A stretch of DNA of 64,000 nucleotides from the IMG/VR virus record IMGVR_UViG_3300027782_000025, positions 1-64,000 of that record; one strand, 5' to 3'. The position numbers were made by a program, and so were the translations under genes. Within the stretch, counting starts at the first letter, position 1, and every line of letters starts with the position of its first letter. The notes under the pieces were generated by a model. It had not been told where the DNA came from and ran no database searches. It saw only the letters and a list, made by a program, of their open reading frames with translations. Shown in pieces: positions 1-8,605 of the stretch.

Positions 1-63
1 CCATATGTATACCTCAAAAAAGAACGAACGGTGCATTAAACTGAAAGTAAATTGAACCAACGT

Positions 64-155
64 GCGGAAGGGTATATTCGATCGGGAGAGCGACCTGGGG
101 ACCCTACCCGGGTCCCCCCATATACCCTTCCGCCAATACTTAGTATATTCCCCAT
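64..155 (-). ncRNA. Candidate structured small RNA (three-way junction)
   Basis: Perfect 13-bp inverted repeat 64-76/121-133 encloses two hairpins (80-95, 97-117). It lies just downstream of a leftward promoter and has no ORF. A G-U pair forms only on the minus strand. Confidence 0.45.
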
Positions 156-160
156 ACATA

Positions 161-189
161 TATGTAACAGGGGGGATATCTCGTGTCAA
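161..189 (-). promoter_or_regulatory. Early-type promoter TTGACA-N17-TACATA (extended TG)
   Basis: Minus strand reads TTGACA cgagatatcccccctgt TACATA. Confidence 0.75.
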
Positions 190-245
190 TAGTATATGTC
201 TCGTGGGTCGTCAGTATGTCATTTGAGCACCTTCCTTTCTACCCT

Positions 246-306
246 ACTGTAACAGACCATAGCCCAGCCTGCAATTATTGCAGCTGACCACCCGCTCTGC
301 TACAGG
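246..306. promoter_or_regulatory. Back-to-back divergent promoter pair
   Basis: Palindromic core CTGCAA-TTA-TTGCAG (269-283) gives TTGCAG-N17-TACAGG on + and TTGCAG-N17-TACAGT on -. Confidence 0.7.
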
Positions 307-394
307 GAGAGGCGAGGGTGGTAGGGACCGGTGGTCCGGCCGCTCGGCTGGTTCGGTCCTGATGCCCTTGCGACACACACTGGAGGTTCTGATT

Positions 395-589
395 ATGAGC
401 GATTCTTCTTCCGCTTCTTCTGTTACAGGTGACTTGCGTAGCGAGGCTGATTTGCCTGTGGGCATCGAGGTCACCAAGAACACGAAGGGCTACAATTGGA
501 CGATCAAGATCAAGGCTGTGGATGAGCTGGGTCTTGTAGATCGGCTGGAGGAGCTGGATCGCCAGCTTCGGGTGCGGTTCAAGGACTAA
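395..589 (+). CDS. Hypothetical early protein (64 aa)
   Basis: ATG 395 after ACACACACTGGAGG leader and promoter. Confidence 0.75.
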   Translation: MSDSSSASSVTGDLRSEADLPVGIEVTKNTKGYNWTIKIKAVDELGLVDRLEELDRQLRVRFKD

Positions 590-599
590 GCGGGCCTCT

Positions 600-644
600 G
601 GCCCTGAGCCTTGGTGGCTTGGGGCCTCTTTTCTTCTTTTTTTT
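600..644 (+). terminator. Intrinsic terminator
   Basis: 11-bp stem GGCCCTGAGCC/GGCTTGGGGCC followed by a long T tract. Confidence 0.8.
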
Positions 645-819
645 GGGAGGGTCTTATAATGGTTGAGTTGTACTTGTGGTGTGGTTTGGTGGCTGTGACT
701 TATGGTGCGGTTGTTACGCTGATTAATTCTAAGCCTTATTAGGCGTTGCGTTTGGAGTGGGTGTTTGTTACAGTTTTTTGTGGTTTTGGTTTTTATTTCT
801 TACACTGGAGGTTTTTATT

Positions 820-1017
820 ATGTGTGATTCATGTTGTCGGGATGTTGAAGCTCGGATTTTGTTTGATGATGAGGGTGTTGTGGCTGGGGTTTTTTGTGAT
901 GATTGCTCGCCGTCGCTTGAGGCGGCTTATGATTTGGAGCTTGCTCCGGTGATGGTTTCTGGGCGTGGGCGGATCTCGAAACGGGCTGCTGCTCGGAAGA
1001 GGGATCGGGCTGCGTAG
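820..1017 (+). CDS. Small Cys-containing protein with basic tail
   Basis: SD GGAGG, ATG 820; CxxC twice. Confidence 0.7.
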   Translation: MCDSCCRDVEARILFDDEGVVAGVFCDDCSPSLEAAYDLELAPVMVSGRGRISKRAAARKRDRAA

Positions 1018-1112
1018 GGTATCGGTTTCCTGCGAGGAAAGTGGGGTTGCTGGGTGACCCCCCGTTTGTTACAGGCTTTTGGGTTTTAAACACACTTTTT
1101 AGGAGAGACGAA

Positions 1113-1292
1113 ATGATGATGTTTGCAATGTTTGGCGTTTCGGTATTATTGGGCTGTGCTGGCTATGTCGCTGCTATCAATGCAAGCCAGATCGACATAA
1201 GCCTCGCCTTTTTCATCTCCTTCTTGGCCACAGCTGGACAAATCGTGACCGCCTTTATGGCTGGACTCTGCGTGGACCCTCCACGCAACTAG
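1113..1292 (+). CDS. Small membrane protein (2 TM)
   Basis: AGGAGAG SD; two hydrophobic segments. Confidence 0.7.
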   Translation: MMMFAMFGVSVLLGCAGYVAAINASQIDISLAFFISFLATAGQIVTAFMAGLCVDPPRN

Positions 1293-1301
1293 ATTTCAGG
1301 T

Positions 1302-1354
1302 GATCGGTCTCCTGTGTGGGAGAGGGTGAGGAGATTGCTCCGCCCTCTCTTTTT
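1302..1354 (+). terminator. Repeated GATCGGTCTCCTGTGTGGG + hairpin terminator, copy 1
   Basis: Stem GAGAGGG/CCCTCTC, then T tract; homologous to 1879, 3941, 6897. Confidence 0.7.
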
Positions 1355-1424
1355 AATATTGACAAAATCGTTACACTCTGCTACAGGATTTTGGGTTCGA
1401 AACACACTTTTTAGGAGAGTAAGA

Positions 1425-1844
1425 ATGTTGAGCAAAGATTTCATTACAGCTGGTAACGCGATCTTCACCGTCGAAAACAACAAGGGTGAGCACTTCACCT
1501 TCAAGGTCGAAAAGAAGAAGGCGGAGAAGAACTATCCGGACGCTTGGTTCGTCCGAGCCATGGTCGGGACAGATAACACCGAGCACTACGCTTACCTCGG
1601 ACTCCTCGATGCTGAATACGGCAAAGTAAAGATGACCAGAGCTTCGAAATTCACCGAAGACCAAACCCAAACCAAGGTGGTTCGCTGGGCGTTGGACAAA
1701 ATCTGGACGAACGGAAGCCTGCCTGAGGGCTACAAGATCCGCCACAATGGGCACTGCAGCCGTTGCAAGCGGGTCTTGACCAATCCCGAATCTCTCGATA
1801 CCGGAATCGGGCCAGAGTGCGCCAAGATTCTGGCGGGAGAATAA
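1425..1844 (+). CDS. DUF6011-like zinc-finger protein
   Basis: C-terminal CSRCKRVLTNPESLDTGIGPEC matches the remembered CxxCxRxLTxxxSxxxGIGPxC pattern; SD AGGAGAG. Confidence 0.7.
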   Translation: MLSKDFITAGNAIFTVENNKGEHFTFKVEKKKAEKNYPDAWFVRAMVGTDNTEHYAYLGLLDAEYGKVKMTRASKFTEDQTQTKVVRWALDKIWTNGSLPEGYKIRHNGHCSRCKRVLTNPESLDTGIGPECAKILAGE

Positions 1845-1878
1845 AACACGCCCTGAGGGCTTTCCTCAGGGCTTCAAG

Positions 1879-1931
1879 TCGGTCTCCTGTGTGGGAACGG
1901 GCTGGTGGTTAAATCACCGGCCCGTTCTTTT
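1879..1931 (+). terminator. Repeated terminator element, copy 2
   Basis: TCGGTCTCCTGTGTGGG then a different 13-bp stem and T tract. Confidence 0.7.
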
Positions 1932-2048
1932 ATATCCATGGGATTTACAGCGGAGCCCCCGCTTGTTACAGAGAAGAGGCGGGGGGAGGCGGAGGCGACC
2001 AGTGTGGTGGCCGCGCTCCCCCCGCGAGACACACACGGAGAGTTTGCT

Positions 2049-2363
2049 ATGGGTAAGGTAATGAGGTCGGATGTGGTGAAGTTCAAGTCTTGGCTCAGTG
2101 AGCGCGTCGCGTGCCCTGAGGCCTCCGGTCACTTCGAGATCTGGGAATATGAGCCCTTCTGCGAAGTCCGGGACGAGTGGGACGACTTCGGCGAGCGAAA
2201 GCTCGTGTGGCAGATGAAGAGCTCGGACTACCTCTGCGAGGACGAGATCGACCCGAAGGCCAAGGATATCGCGCGTCTCCTGAAGGCCGTCAAAGACGAG
2301 TTCAAGCTGGTGGCGGCGAAGGACGACGAGCACACGTTCTACGCGGCTCGTCTCCCCCGATAA
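2049..2363 (+). CDS. Hypothetical, probable paralog of 5612-6058
   Basis: ACACACACGGAG leader; shares DVxxFKxWL..C and DD...VWQ motifs. Confidence 0.75.
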   Translation: MGKVMRSDVVKFKSWLSERVACPEASGHFEIWEYEPFCEVRDEWDDFGERKLVWQMKSSDYLCEDEIDPKAKDIARLLKAVKDEFKLVAAKDDEHTFYAARLPR

Positions 2364-2464
2364 TCCCTGGGGGTTGCGCCAGGGCTCCGGCTCTGGCGCT
2401 CTTCCCTTTTGTTTGTTACAGTGGTTTGCGGTTTTTTCCTTTTTTTCACACTGGAGGGTTTGCT

Positions 2465-2716
2465 ATGAGGACTTCTGAACTGGTTGACTTGTCTTTTGCT
2501 GAAATGGCTGATAAGCTTGTTGTGAAGTTTGGCCCTGCGCGGCCGAGCGAGAAGCTGATGAAGAAGGCGATCGTCTGGAGCGGGACTCACTTGAACGGTC
2601 TGTTCCTTGCGCACTATCACTTGAACGTGAAGTGCTTTGAGGACTCGGTGATGTGGCGCGAGCTGCTGCTCGAGGAGCTCAGGGCTGCCGCGGACAGGCG
2701 GTACGGGCAGGGATAA
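2465..2716 (+). CDS. Hypothetical early protein
   Basis: SD GGAGG after promoter 2414. Confidence 0.7.
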   Translation: MRTSELVDLSFAEMADKLVVKFGPARPSEKLMKKAIVWSGTHLNGLFLAHYHLNVKCFEDSVMWRELLLEELRAAADRRYGQG

Positions 2717-2823
2717 TACGGTTTCCAGAGAGGAAAACGCGGGGTTGCCGGTGGCGGCCCCGCTTGTTACAGAGAAAAGTGGAAGCCACAGTGGCGACCA
2801 AGAAACACACAAAGGAGAGAAAA

Positions 2824-3258
2824 ATGGCAGAAATGAATCTTGACCTTTTCCGTTTTAACAGCACTGAAGCCAGTTTGTCTTTTAGTTCGTTTCACGAGAA
2901 AAACTGCGAATTCGGTGGTGCAGAGTCTGGTGTAGGTGAGAATCGATGGTCTTATAACATCGAAAAAGACGGTTCGACAAATTACAAAGATGACTTTTTT
3001 GATAATGATCGATGCGGCGGAGGACCAGATGAATATAGTGACTCTTTAAGTGAACCTAGTCCAGTTCCTACAAAAGAAGATGCGATAAAAGAAATAGAGA
3101 GTTTAATCGAAGGCAAAAGAAAGACATTGGCCGATTTGGAAGCCTTCTTAACAGCTTTCCAGACTGCCCCAGGACCTTACACAGACTTGGGTGACTACTG
3201 GAAGTTCGAAGCTAGCGAGGACGAGGACGAGGACGAAGACGAAGACGAAGACGAATAG
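2824..3258 (+). CDS. Very acidic protein with (ED)n tail
   Basis: SD AGGAGAG; GARGAC hexamer repeat encodes EDEDEDEDEDEDE. Confidence 0.75.
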   Translation: MAEMNLDLFRFNSTEASLSFSSFHEKNCEFGGAESGVGENRWSYNIEKDGSTNYKDDFFDNDRCGGGPDEYSDSLSEPSPVPTKEDAIKEIESLIEGKRKTLADLEAFLTAFQTAPGPYTDLGDYWKFEASEDEDEDEDEDEDE

Positions 3259-3363
3259 TCCGGTTTCCAGAGAGGAAAGCGGGGTTGCCGCTGGTGACCC
3301 CGTTTGTTACAGAGAAAAGTGGAAGCCGCTGTGGTGACCACAGAACACACACGGAGAAAAGAA

Positions 3364-3600
3364 ATGTTTACAGCGCGAATCAGCGATGGGAAGACGTCAG
3401 GAAAACTGTTCAGCGGCAAGCAAGCCGTTAACATAATGAAAAAGGCGGCGATCGACGCCAAAAAGGGCAAGGGCGCTTTTCGCTTGGAGCTGAGCGAGAA
3501 CAACAGGCTTTGCGTGGTGGCCTTCGGCAAAACGGCAGTTGAAGCCGCGTCATATGGTGCGGCGATCCACAGAAAGGAAGTCAGGGAGGGCAGGCGCTAG
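3364..3600 (+). CDS. Hypothetical basic early protein
   Basis: Cassette promoter and ACACACGGAG leader. Confidence 0.75.
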   Translation: MFTARISDGKTSGKLFSGKQAVNIMKKAAIDAKKGKGAFRLELSENNRLCVVAFGKTAVEAASYGAAIHRKEVREGRR

Positions 3601-3688
3601 TCGACCGGAAAGGCCGGGGGTTGACAAAACGACCCCCGCTTGTTACAGGGTGATGGGTTCGGAAATCACACTTTCAAGGAGAGACGAA

Positions 3689-3931
3689 ATGACGACAAAA
3701 GAATGCCAGACAGTGAGACGACAAAGGGTCGAGTTCCAAATCGCCTTGGCCGGTAATTGTGACCAATGGGTTCCAGCCTGTGGCGGGACCGAGTTGCCTT
3801 TCCGATCAAGGTCTGGACGATCTTTGCACTACATGTACAACCCCCAGCAAAAACGCCACGCTTACCTTGACACCGCGACGGACGTGATTCTCACTGATCA
3901 AGAGGCGGACGCGTTCATGGAGCGTGTTTAA
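3689..3931 (+). CDS. Hypothetical phage protein (WVPACGGTE motif)
   Basis: SD AAGGAGAG, promoter 3621-3649. Confidence 0.75.
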   Translation: MTTKECQTVRRQRVEFQIALAGNCDQWVPACGGTELPFRSRSGRSLHYMYNPQQKRHAYLDTATDVILTDQEADAFMERV

Positions 3932-3940
3932 TTTTTAGGT

Positions 3941-3992
3941 GATCGGTCTCCTGTGTGGGGGAGGGTGAGGAGTTTGCTCCGCCCTCCCTTTT
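3941..3992 (+). terminator. Repeated terminator element, copy 3
   Basis: Stem GGGAGGG/CCCTCCC, T tract. Confidence 0.7.
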
Positions 3993-4115
3993 AAAAACAA
4001 AAGGCGCCTATTGCGCCGCGGGCCTCTGTCTGCTACAGAGGAGAGGCGGGGGAGACGAGGGCGGCCAGTGTGGCGGCCCCGGCCCCACCCGCAACACACA
4101 CAAAGGAGAGAAGAT

Positions 4116-4394
4116 ATGAGAATTGAAAGCGTGGTGGTCATCATTTGGGACGAAGTTGGAGAAAAGGCTTCGACCTTCCACGAAGCAGCCGACGGGACAG
4201 GGTTAGTCTTAGACCGCGACCTGACAACGGAAGAGCTAAACAATAACATAGAACTGAAGCTGTTCGGAAAAGACATCTCGTCTTGGCGAGCGACAGGGTA
4301 CATGGAGATCAACGACGTGACCATCATCACGTCGAAATCTGACCGCGGGCATCTGAGCACGACTCAGATCGTCTGGCTCGGGGCCGCTGAATAG
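4116..4394 (+). CDS. Hypothetical early protein
   Basis: SD AAGGAGAG. Confidence 0.7.
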   Translation: MRIESVVVIIWDEVGEKASTFHEAADGTGLVLDRDLTTEELNNNIELKLFGKDISSWRATGYMEINDVTIITSKSDRGHLSTTQIVWLGAAE

Positions 4395-4486
4395 TCGGTT
4401 TCCAAGGGAGGAAAGCGGGGTTGCGCAAACGACCCCCTTTTGTTACAAGATTCTGGGTTTGATAATCACACACAAAGGAGAAAGAG

Positions 4487-4720
4487 ATGTTAACACACGA
4501 GCTAGCTAAGCTGCTTCTTGAAGGCCCAGACGTCGAGATATCCGTCATGGCCGCGCCAGGGGTTACGAACTACATCCAAGGAATAACCTCGTTTTTGGCT
4601 GGCTCTTACCCTGCACCGTCTTGGGACGATGACGCAGGATCGATGAGAGATGTGGTTGTCCTGTTGGCTACCAGAGAAACCCTAAACGAAGACGAAGCTC
4701 TCGTCTTTTCAAAGAGCTAG
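4487..4720 (+). CDS. Hypothetical early protein
   Basis: Cassette promoter, SD AAGGAG. Confidence 0.7.
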   Translation: MLTHELAKLLLEGPDVEISVMAAPGVTNYIQGITSFLAGSYPAPSWDDDAGSMRDVVVLLATRETLNEDEALVFSKS

Positions 4721-4791
4721 CCTGATTGACAAACCGGCTCCCGTCTGCTACAATTTATCGGGGTTTCAAACACACTTTTTAGGAGATAGAA

Positions 4792-5022
4792 ATGGCTGTA
4801 AAATTCCCAGAAGTAAGCGTCAAATTAGTAGGAGAAGACGGAAACGCCTTCTCTATCCTCGGAAGGGTCAAAAAAGCTATGCGTCGAGCCAAGATCGAAA
4901 AAGACCAAATCGACGCCTACATGAACGACGCCATGAGCGGCGACTATAACCACCTCCTGCATGTGACTATGGAGACAGTATCCTGCGACACCGATGAAGA
5001 CGAAGAGTACGACGAGGAATAG
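4792..5022 (+). CDS. Conserved-type small phage protein (GxDGNAF...SGDY motif)
   Basis: Near-consensus promoter TTGACA-N17-TACAAT; motif recalled from phage hypotheticals. Confidence 0.75.
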   Translation: MAVKFPEVSVKLVGEDGNAFSILGRVKKAMRRAKIEKDQIDAYMNDAMSGDYNHLLHVTMETVSCDTDEDEEYDEE

Positions 5023-5117
5023 TTAGGTTTCCAACGAGGAAATGGGGTTGCGCAAGCCACCCCAGTTTGTTACAAGATTTTGGGTTTGATAAACACACTT
5101 TTTAAAGGAGCTTCAAA

Positions 5118-5510
5118 ATGGGATTAGACATGTGGGCCTTCGCAGTACCAAAAGACGCGGTAAAAATAGCCGCCACCGACGTCAAATTCGACGACGAGAC
5201 CGAAAAAGCGCAAGAGGAATTAGCCTGCTGGCGCAAACACCATGATCTACATGGATGGATGGAAAAACTCTACAACGAAAAAGGAGGAAAAGCGCTAAGC
5301 TTCAACTGCGTCACCGTCCAGCTCGAAGAAGAAGATCTGAACCGCCTCGAAGAAGACGTAAAAAGCAACCAGCTACCCCAAACCTCAGGGTTCTTCTTCG
5401 GCAACAACCCGCCCAATGACGACACCATCGAAGAAGACCTAGAGTTCGTCGAAAAAGCAAGAGAAGCGATCAAAGAAGGAAAAGTCGTCTACTACAACTC
5501 TTGGTGGTAA
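5118..5510 (+). CDS. Conserved-type phage protein (MGLDM...WRKH...GFFFG)
   Basis: Cassette promoter, SD AAGGAG; function unknown. Confidence 0.8.
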   Translation: MGLDMWAFAVPKDAVKIAATDVKFDDETEKAQEELACWRKHHDLHGWMEKLYNEKGGKALSFNCVTVQLEEEDLNRLEEDVKSNQLPQTSGFFFGNNPPNDDTIEEDLEFVEKAREAIKEGKVVYYNSWW

Positions 5511-5611
5511 CGCGGCCGACAATCTAACCAAAATAACGAACGGGATTGCGAACAGCGACCCCGTTCGTTACAGTATATCGGGATTCAAAACACTTTTCTA
5601 AAGGAAAACCG

Positions 5612-6058
5612 ATGAAAAAAGCACAAGTGACCAAAGCCGACGTCCTCAGATTCAAAGAATGGCTCGAAACCAAAATGACCTGCGAAAGAACCAACGTCGA
5701 CACCCGACACTATCCCGCCTTCCAAGAAATCCTTGAAGAATACGACGACAAGCCACCGGTTTGGCAAATCAAAAAGCCAAAGTCCTACAAATCAGCACAT
5801 AATTACCAAACCGGCGGAACACACGAACTAGGTCAAGGCGAAAGCTACGTCGACATCTGCGGCGAAAAATACATCCAAAACGATAAAGAAAATTTTGATA
5901 GCGACGACCCAAGGCGTAAAAACACCAAGCTGCTGTTCCAAAAGACCGCCAAGCTCACCGACCTCGCCTTCAGCTATTACTACTTGCCGCCTGAGCACAC
6001 CGTCCTAGAGGAATACCCACGCGTCTTCGTTAAGCCTTGGAACCGGAAAGAACGGTAA
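5612..6058 (+). CDS. Hypothetical, probable paralog of 2049-2363
   Basis: SD AAGGA; shared N-terminal motif. Confidence 0.75.
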   Translation: MKKAQVTKADVLRFKEWLETKMTCERTNVDTRHYPAFQEILEEYDDKPPVWQIKKPKSYKSAHNYQTGGTHELGQGESYVDICGEKYIQNDKENFDSDDPRRKNTKLLFQKTAKLTDLAFSYYYLPPEHTVLEEYPRVFVKPWNRKER

Positions 6059-6078
6059 ATAACCAAAAGGAGTAACAA

Positions 6079-6318
6079 ATGGACCCAAAGCTAATCAAAA
6101 CTGCGTTCAAAGCCTTCAAAAAAAGGCTAAAACTAACCCAACTGGTCGAAGATTCAAAGGTCAGCACAAGGCAAATGACCGGGGGAAGCACCAACGACAT
6201 CATCGCCATCCAACCCCCGGTTGACTTCCCCCCAGATGTCTGGAGAGAATTGGTGAAACAGGGGAAGCTAAAACAAGCCGGGGGAGGACTATTAGAATTG
6301 GTCCCCCAGAACCGGTAG
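6079..6318 (+). CDS. Small protein resembling a Planctomycetota-type hypothetical family
   Basis: AFKAFKKRLKLT...IIAIQPP..FPPDVWRELVKQGKL; family recalled from memory, unverified. Confidence 0.65.
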   Translation: MDPKLIKTAFKAFKKRLKLTQLVEDSKVSTRQMTGGSTNDIIAIQPPVDFPPDVWRELVKQGKLKQAGGGLLELVPQNR

Positions 6319-6362
6319 ATAGTATTGTAAGTCTAGTGTTGTTTTAAATCCAGGAGCAGAAA

Positions 6363-6632
6363 ATGCGAATTTATCAGTTAGTAGACGGCGACAAGACCTT
6401 TCACTTCTTCAGGACGAAAGCAGAAGCTAAACAGGCTAAATCCGCTCTCGTCACAATTTACCGGGATTTGGACGCGGAAGAAAAAGCTCAGAAGCTCGAG
6501 ATTCTCAAAGACCAGCCCACTGAAGTAGAAGTACCGACCAACAAGGATAAATTCCTGGTTTGGTTGACTGACTACACCAAAAAGGTCCGCGTTTGTGCTA
6601 CCCCTTGTCAGGCTCAATCGACACTGGGATAA
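6363..6632 (+). CDS. Hypothetical protein
   Basis: SD AGGAG. Confidence 0.7.
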   Translation: MRIYQLVDGDKTFHFFRTKAEAKQAKSALVTIYRDLDAEEKAQKLEILKDQPTEVEVPTNKDKFLVWLTDYTKKVRVCATPCQAQSTLG

Positions 6633-6696
6633 TTGCCAAGGGCTTTCTCCTTGTTACAGGGTTTTGGGTTCGAAACACTAGCCAAGGAGATTTGAA

Positions 6697-6882
6697 ATGT
6701 ACAAGATAATCAGATTCTCAGCGATTGGCATGTCGAAGGTTATCAAGACTGTTGATACTCTTGAGGAGGCTCGGGCACATTGCGAAGACCCTGAGACTAG
6801 CTCTCGGACTTGCACTTCTGACGAGGGTTTGGAACTGACATCGAGTATTGGCTCTTGGTTTGATGGTTACACCGAGTGCTAA
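6697..6882 (+). CDS. Hypothetical early protein
   Basis: Promoter 6633-6660, SD AAGGAG. Confidence 0.7.
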   Translation: MYKIIRFSAIGMSKVIKTVDTLEEARAHCEDPETSSRTCTSDEGLELTSSIGSWFDGYTEC

Positions 6883-6896
6883 ACAATTTTTAGGGG

Positions 6897-6949
6897 ATCG
6901 GTCTCCTGTGTGGGGGAAGGTGAGGAGTTTGCTCCGCCTTCCCTTTTTT
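6897..6949 (+). terminator. Repeated terminator element, copy 4
   Basis: Stem GGGAAGG/CCTTCCC (compensatory change vs copy 3), T tract. Confidence 0.7.
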
Positions 6950-7033
6950 CATATATATTGCGTCCGTGGCTCCGCTTGTTACAAGGGAGCATGGAAGGCC
7001 ACTGTGGCCTCCCGAAACACACGGAGCGACGAC

Positions 7034-7231
7034 ATGTTTTACGTTTTCAACCGAGCAGGCGACGCCGGCTATCACGAGATAAAGAACGAAAAAGGTGAGG
7101 TCATAGCGGACGCCTATGATACCGAGGAACAAGCCAGAGGTACGTTGGAAGCTCTGGGCCTTCCCTCTGACGATCTCGAGATCGTCTACGACCAAGCACA
7201 GTGGGACAACATCGGCTTGGAATATCGCTAG
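7034..7231 (+). CDS. Hypothetical acidic early protein
   Basis: ACACACGGAG leader. Confidence 0.7.
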   Translation: MFYVFNRAGDAGYHEIKNEKGEVIADAYDTEEQARGTLEALGLPSDDLEIVYDQAQWDNIGLEYR

Positions 7232-7331
7232 ACGACGGCGGCGGCGGGGTTGCACCAGCGGCCCCTGTCTGCTACAAAGAGGAAGCGGAGGCCGACGTGG
7301 CAACCGCAAAACACACACACGGAGAAAAGAA

Positions 7332-7658
7332 ATGAAGATCAAAGAGCTAATCTACAGAGACACGCAGAACTCCATTCTCTGCGACGAACGAAGCGAGCTA
7401 TTGGCGCTGTTCAGCGTCGAGCATGATGGGCACCAAGGTCATCTCCTTTATGAGGCGACCATCGACAGGCACAACACCGACTCTGAGTGCTATTGCGACA
7501 TCGAAAGCGTAACAAAGGACACGATTGCTTACGACGGTGCCATCGTCGACGCGCTCAACATCGACGTCTGGAAAATGGTGCCGAAATACACCAAAGACAC
7601 CGCCACCGACGACGAAGTATGGAAAAAGCTCGGTAAGCTCTGGGTCAGTCCAATATAG
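7332..7658 (+). CDS. Hypothetical, paralog of 12711-13085
   Basis: Shared LxALFSVxHxGxxGxxLYEAT and YxCDIxSxT motifs. Confidence 0.75.
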   Translation: MKIKELIYRDTQNSILCDERSELLALFSVEHDGHQGHLLYEATIDRHNTDSECYCDIESVTKDTIAYDGAIVDALNIDVWKMVPKYTKDTATDDEVWKKLGKLWVSPI

Positions 7659-7751
7659 TCCGGTTTCCAAGGAGGAAAGCGGGGTTGCCTCTGGTGGCCC
7701 CGTTTGTTACAAAGTATTAGGGAATTAACACGCACCTCAAGGAGAGACAAA

Positions 7752-8156
7752 ATGAATGATTTAACTGTTCTTATCAAAGCCGGCTATGTCGCCACAGAGG
7801 CTTCCACCTCATTCGCTATGTATCACTTCCTCAACCAAAGTGGTGAAAAAGTAATAATCAAGCAAGAACAAGACGCTAACGAAAATCAAGACTGGGTAGT
7901 CACAATCGACGGTAGTCAGCAACGCGGAGAAGAATGGTTTACCAAGTATTGTGAAGAAGTCGACGAAGACAAAGAAGAAGACGCATGCGAGGCATCTGAA
8001 AATGATGTTTTATTCTGGCTTGAATGTTTTGTTTTCTTCGGTTCGCAGGATGGGGAAACCACTATCGATTTCTCGACTTTCGCTTGGGCCAAGGGGATCG
8101 CTGAAAGAAGGCAAGCCCAAGACAATGATATCTTCTCTACCGTCAGTATAGTTTAA
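7752..8156 (+). CDS. Hypothetical, tandem duplicate A
   Basis: MNDLTVLIKAG...; high similarity to 8182-8580. Confidence 0.8.
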   Translation: MNDLTVLIKAGYVATEASTSFAMYHFLNQSGEKVIIKQEQDANENQDWVVTIDGSQQRGEEWFTKYCEEVDEDKEEDACEASENDVLFWLECFVFFGSQDGETTIDFSTFAWAKGIAERRQAQDNDIFSTVSIV

Positions 8157-8181
8157 TACCACACTTTCAAGGAGAAACGAA

Positions 8182-8580
8182 ATGAATGATTTAACTGTTC
8201 TTATCAAAGCCGGTCAAATCTGCCTGCCCGCAGCACTTGGCTGCCCCACAGTCAGTATATTCCACTTCCTCAACCAAGATGGCGAAAAAGTAATAATCAA
8301 GCTAGGCGGAGACATAGATTATTACGAAAAACCGGTCTGGACAGTCACAATCGACGGTAGTCAGCAACGCGGAGAAGCATGGTTACAAAAGTATTGCTGC
8401 ATGGGTTATAAACCCTGGCTCGACTGCAGTGATGTTTTATTCTGGCTTGAATGTTTCGTTTTTTTCGGTTCAAAGGACGAAGACTCTACTATCGATTTTT
8501 CGACTTTCGTCTGGGCTAAGGGGATCGCTGAAAGAAGACAAAACATAGAAAATGAAATCTTCGACATCAGTATAGTTTAA
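8182..8580 (+). CDS. Hypothetical, tandem duplicate B
   Basis: About 430-bp tandem duplication including the leader. Confidence 0.8.
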   Translation: MNDLTVLIKAGQICLPAALGCPTVSIFHFLNQDGEKVIIKLGGDIDYYEKPVWTVTIDGSQQRGEAWLQKYCCMGYKPWLDCSDVLFWLECFVFFGSKDEDSTIDFSTFVWAKGIAERRQNIENEIFDISIV

Positions 8581-8605
8581 TACCACATTTTCAAGGAGAA
8601 ACGAA

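Noticed and set aside
600-2700. Second replication origin from T/G-rich patches near the left edge
   Set aside because: Patches at 650-1000, 2400-2530 and 6640-6890 are short and start at promoters. They could reflect transcription-linked mutation or gene import, and no clear bidirectional switch is visible.
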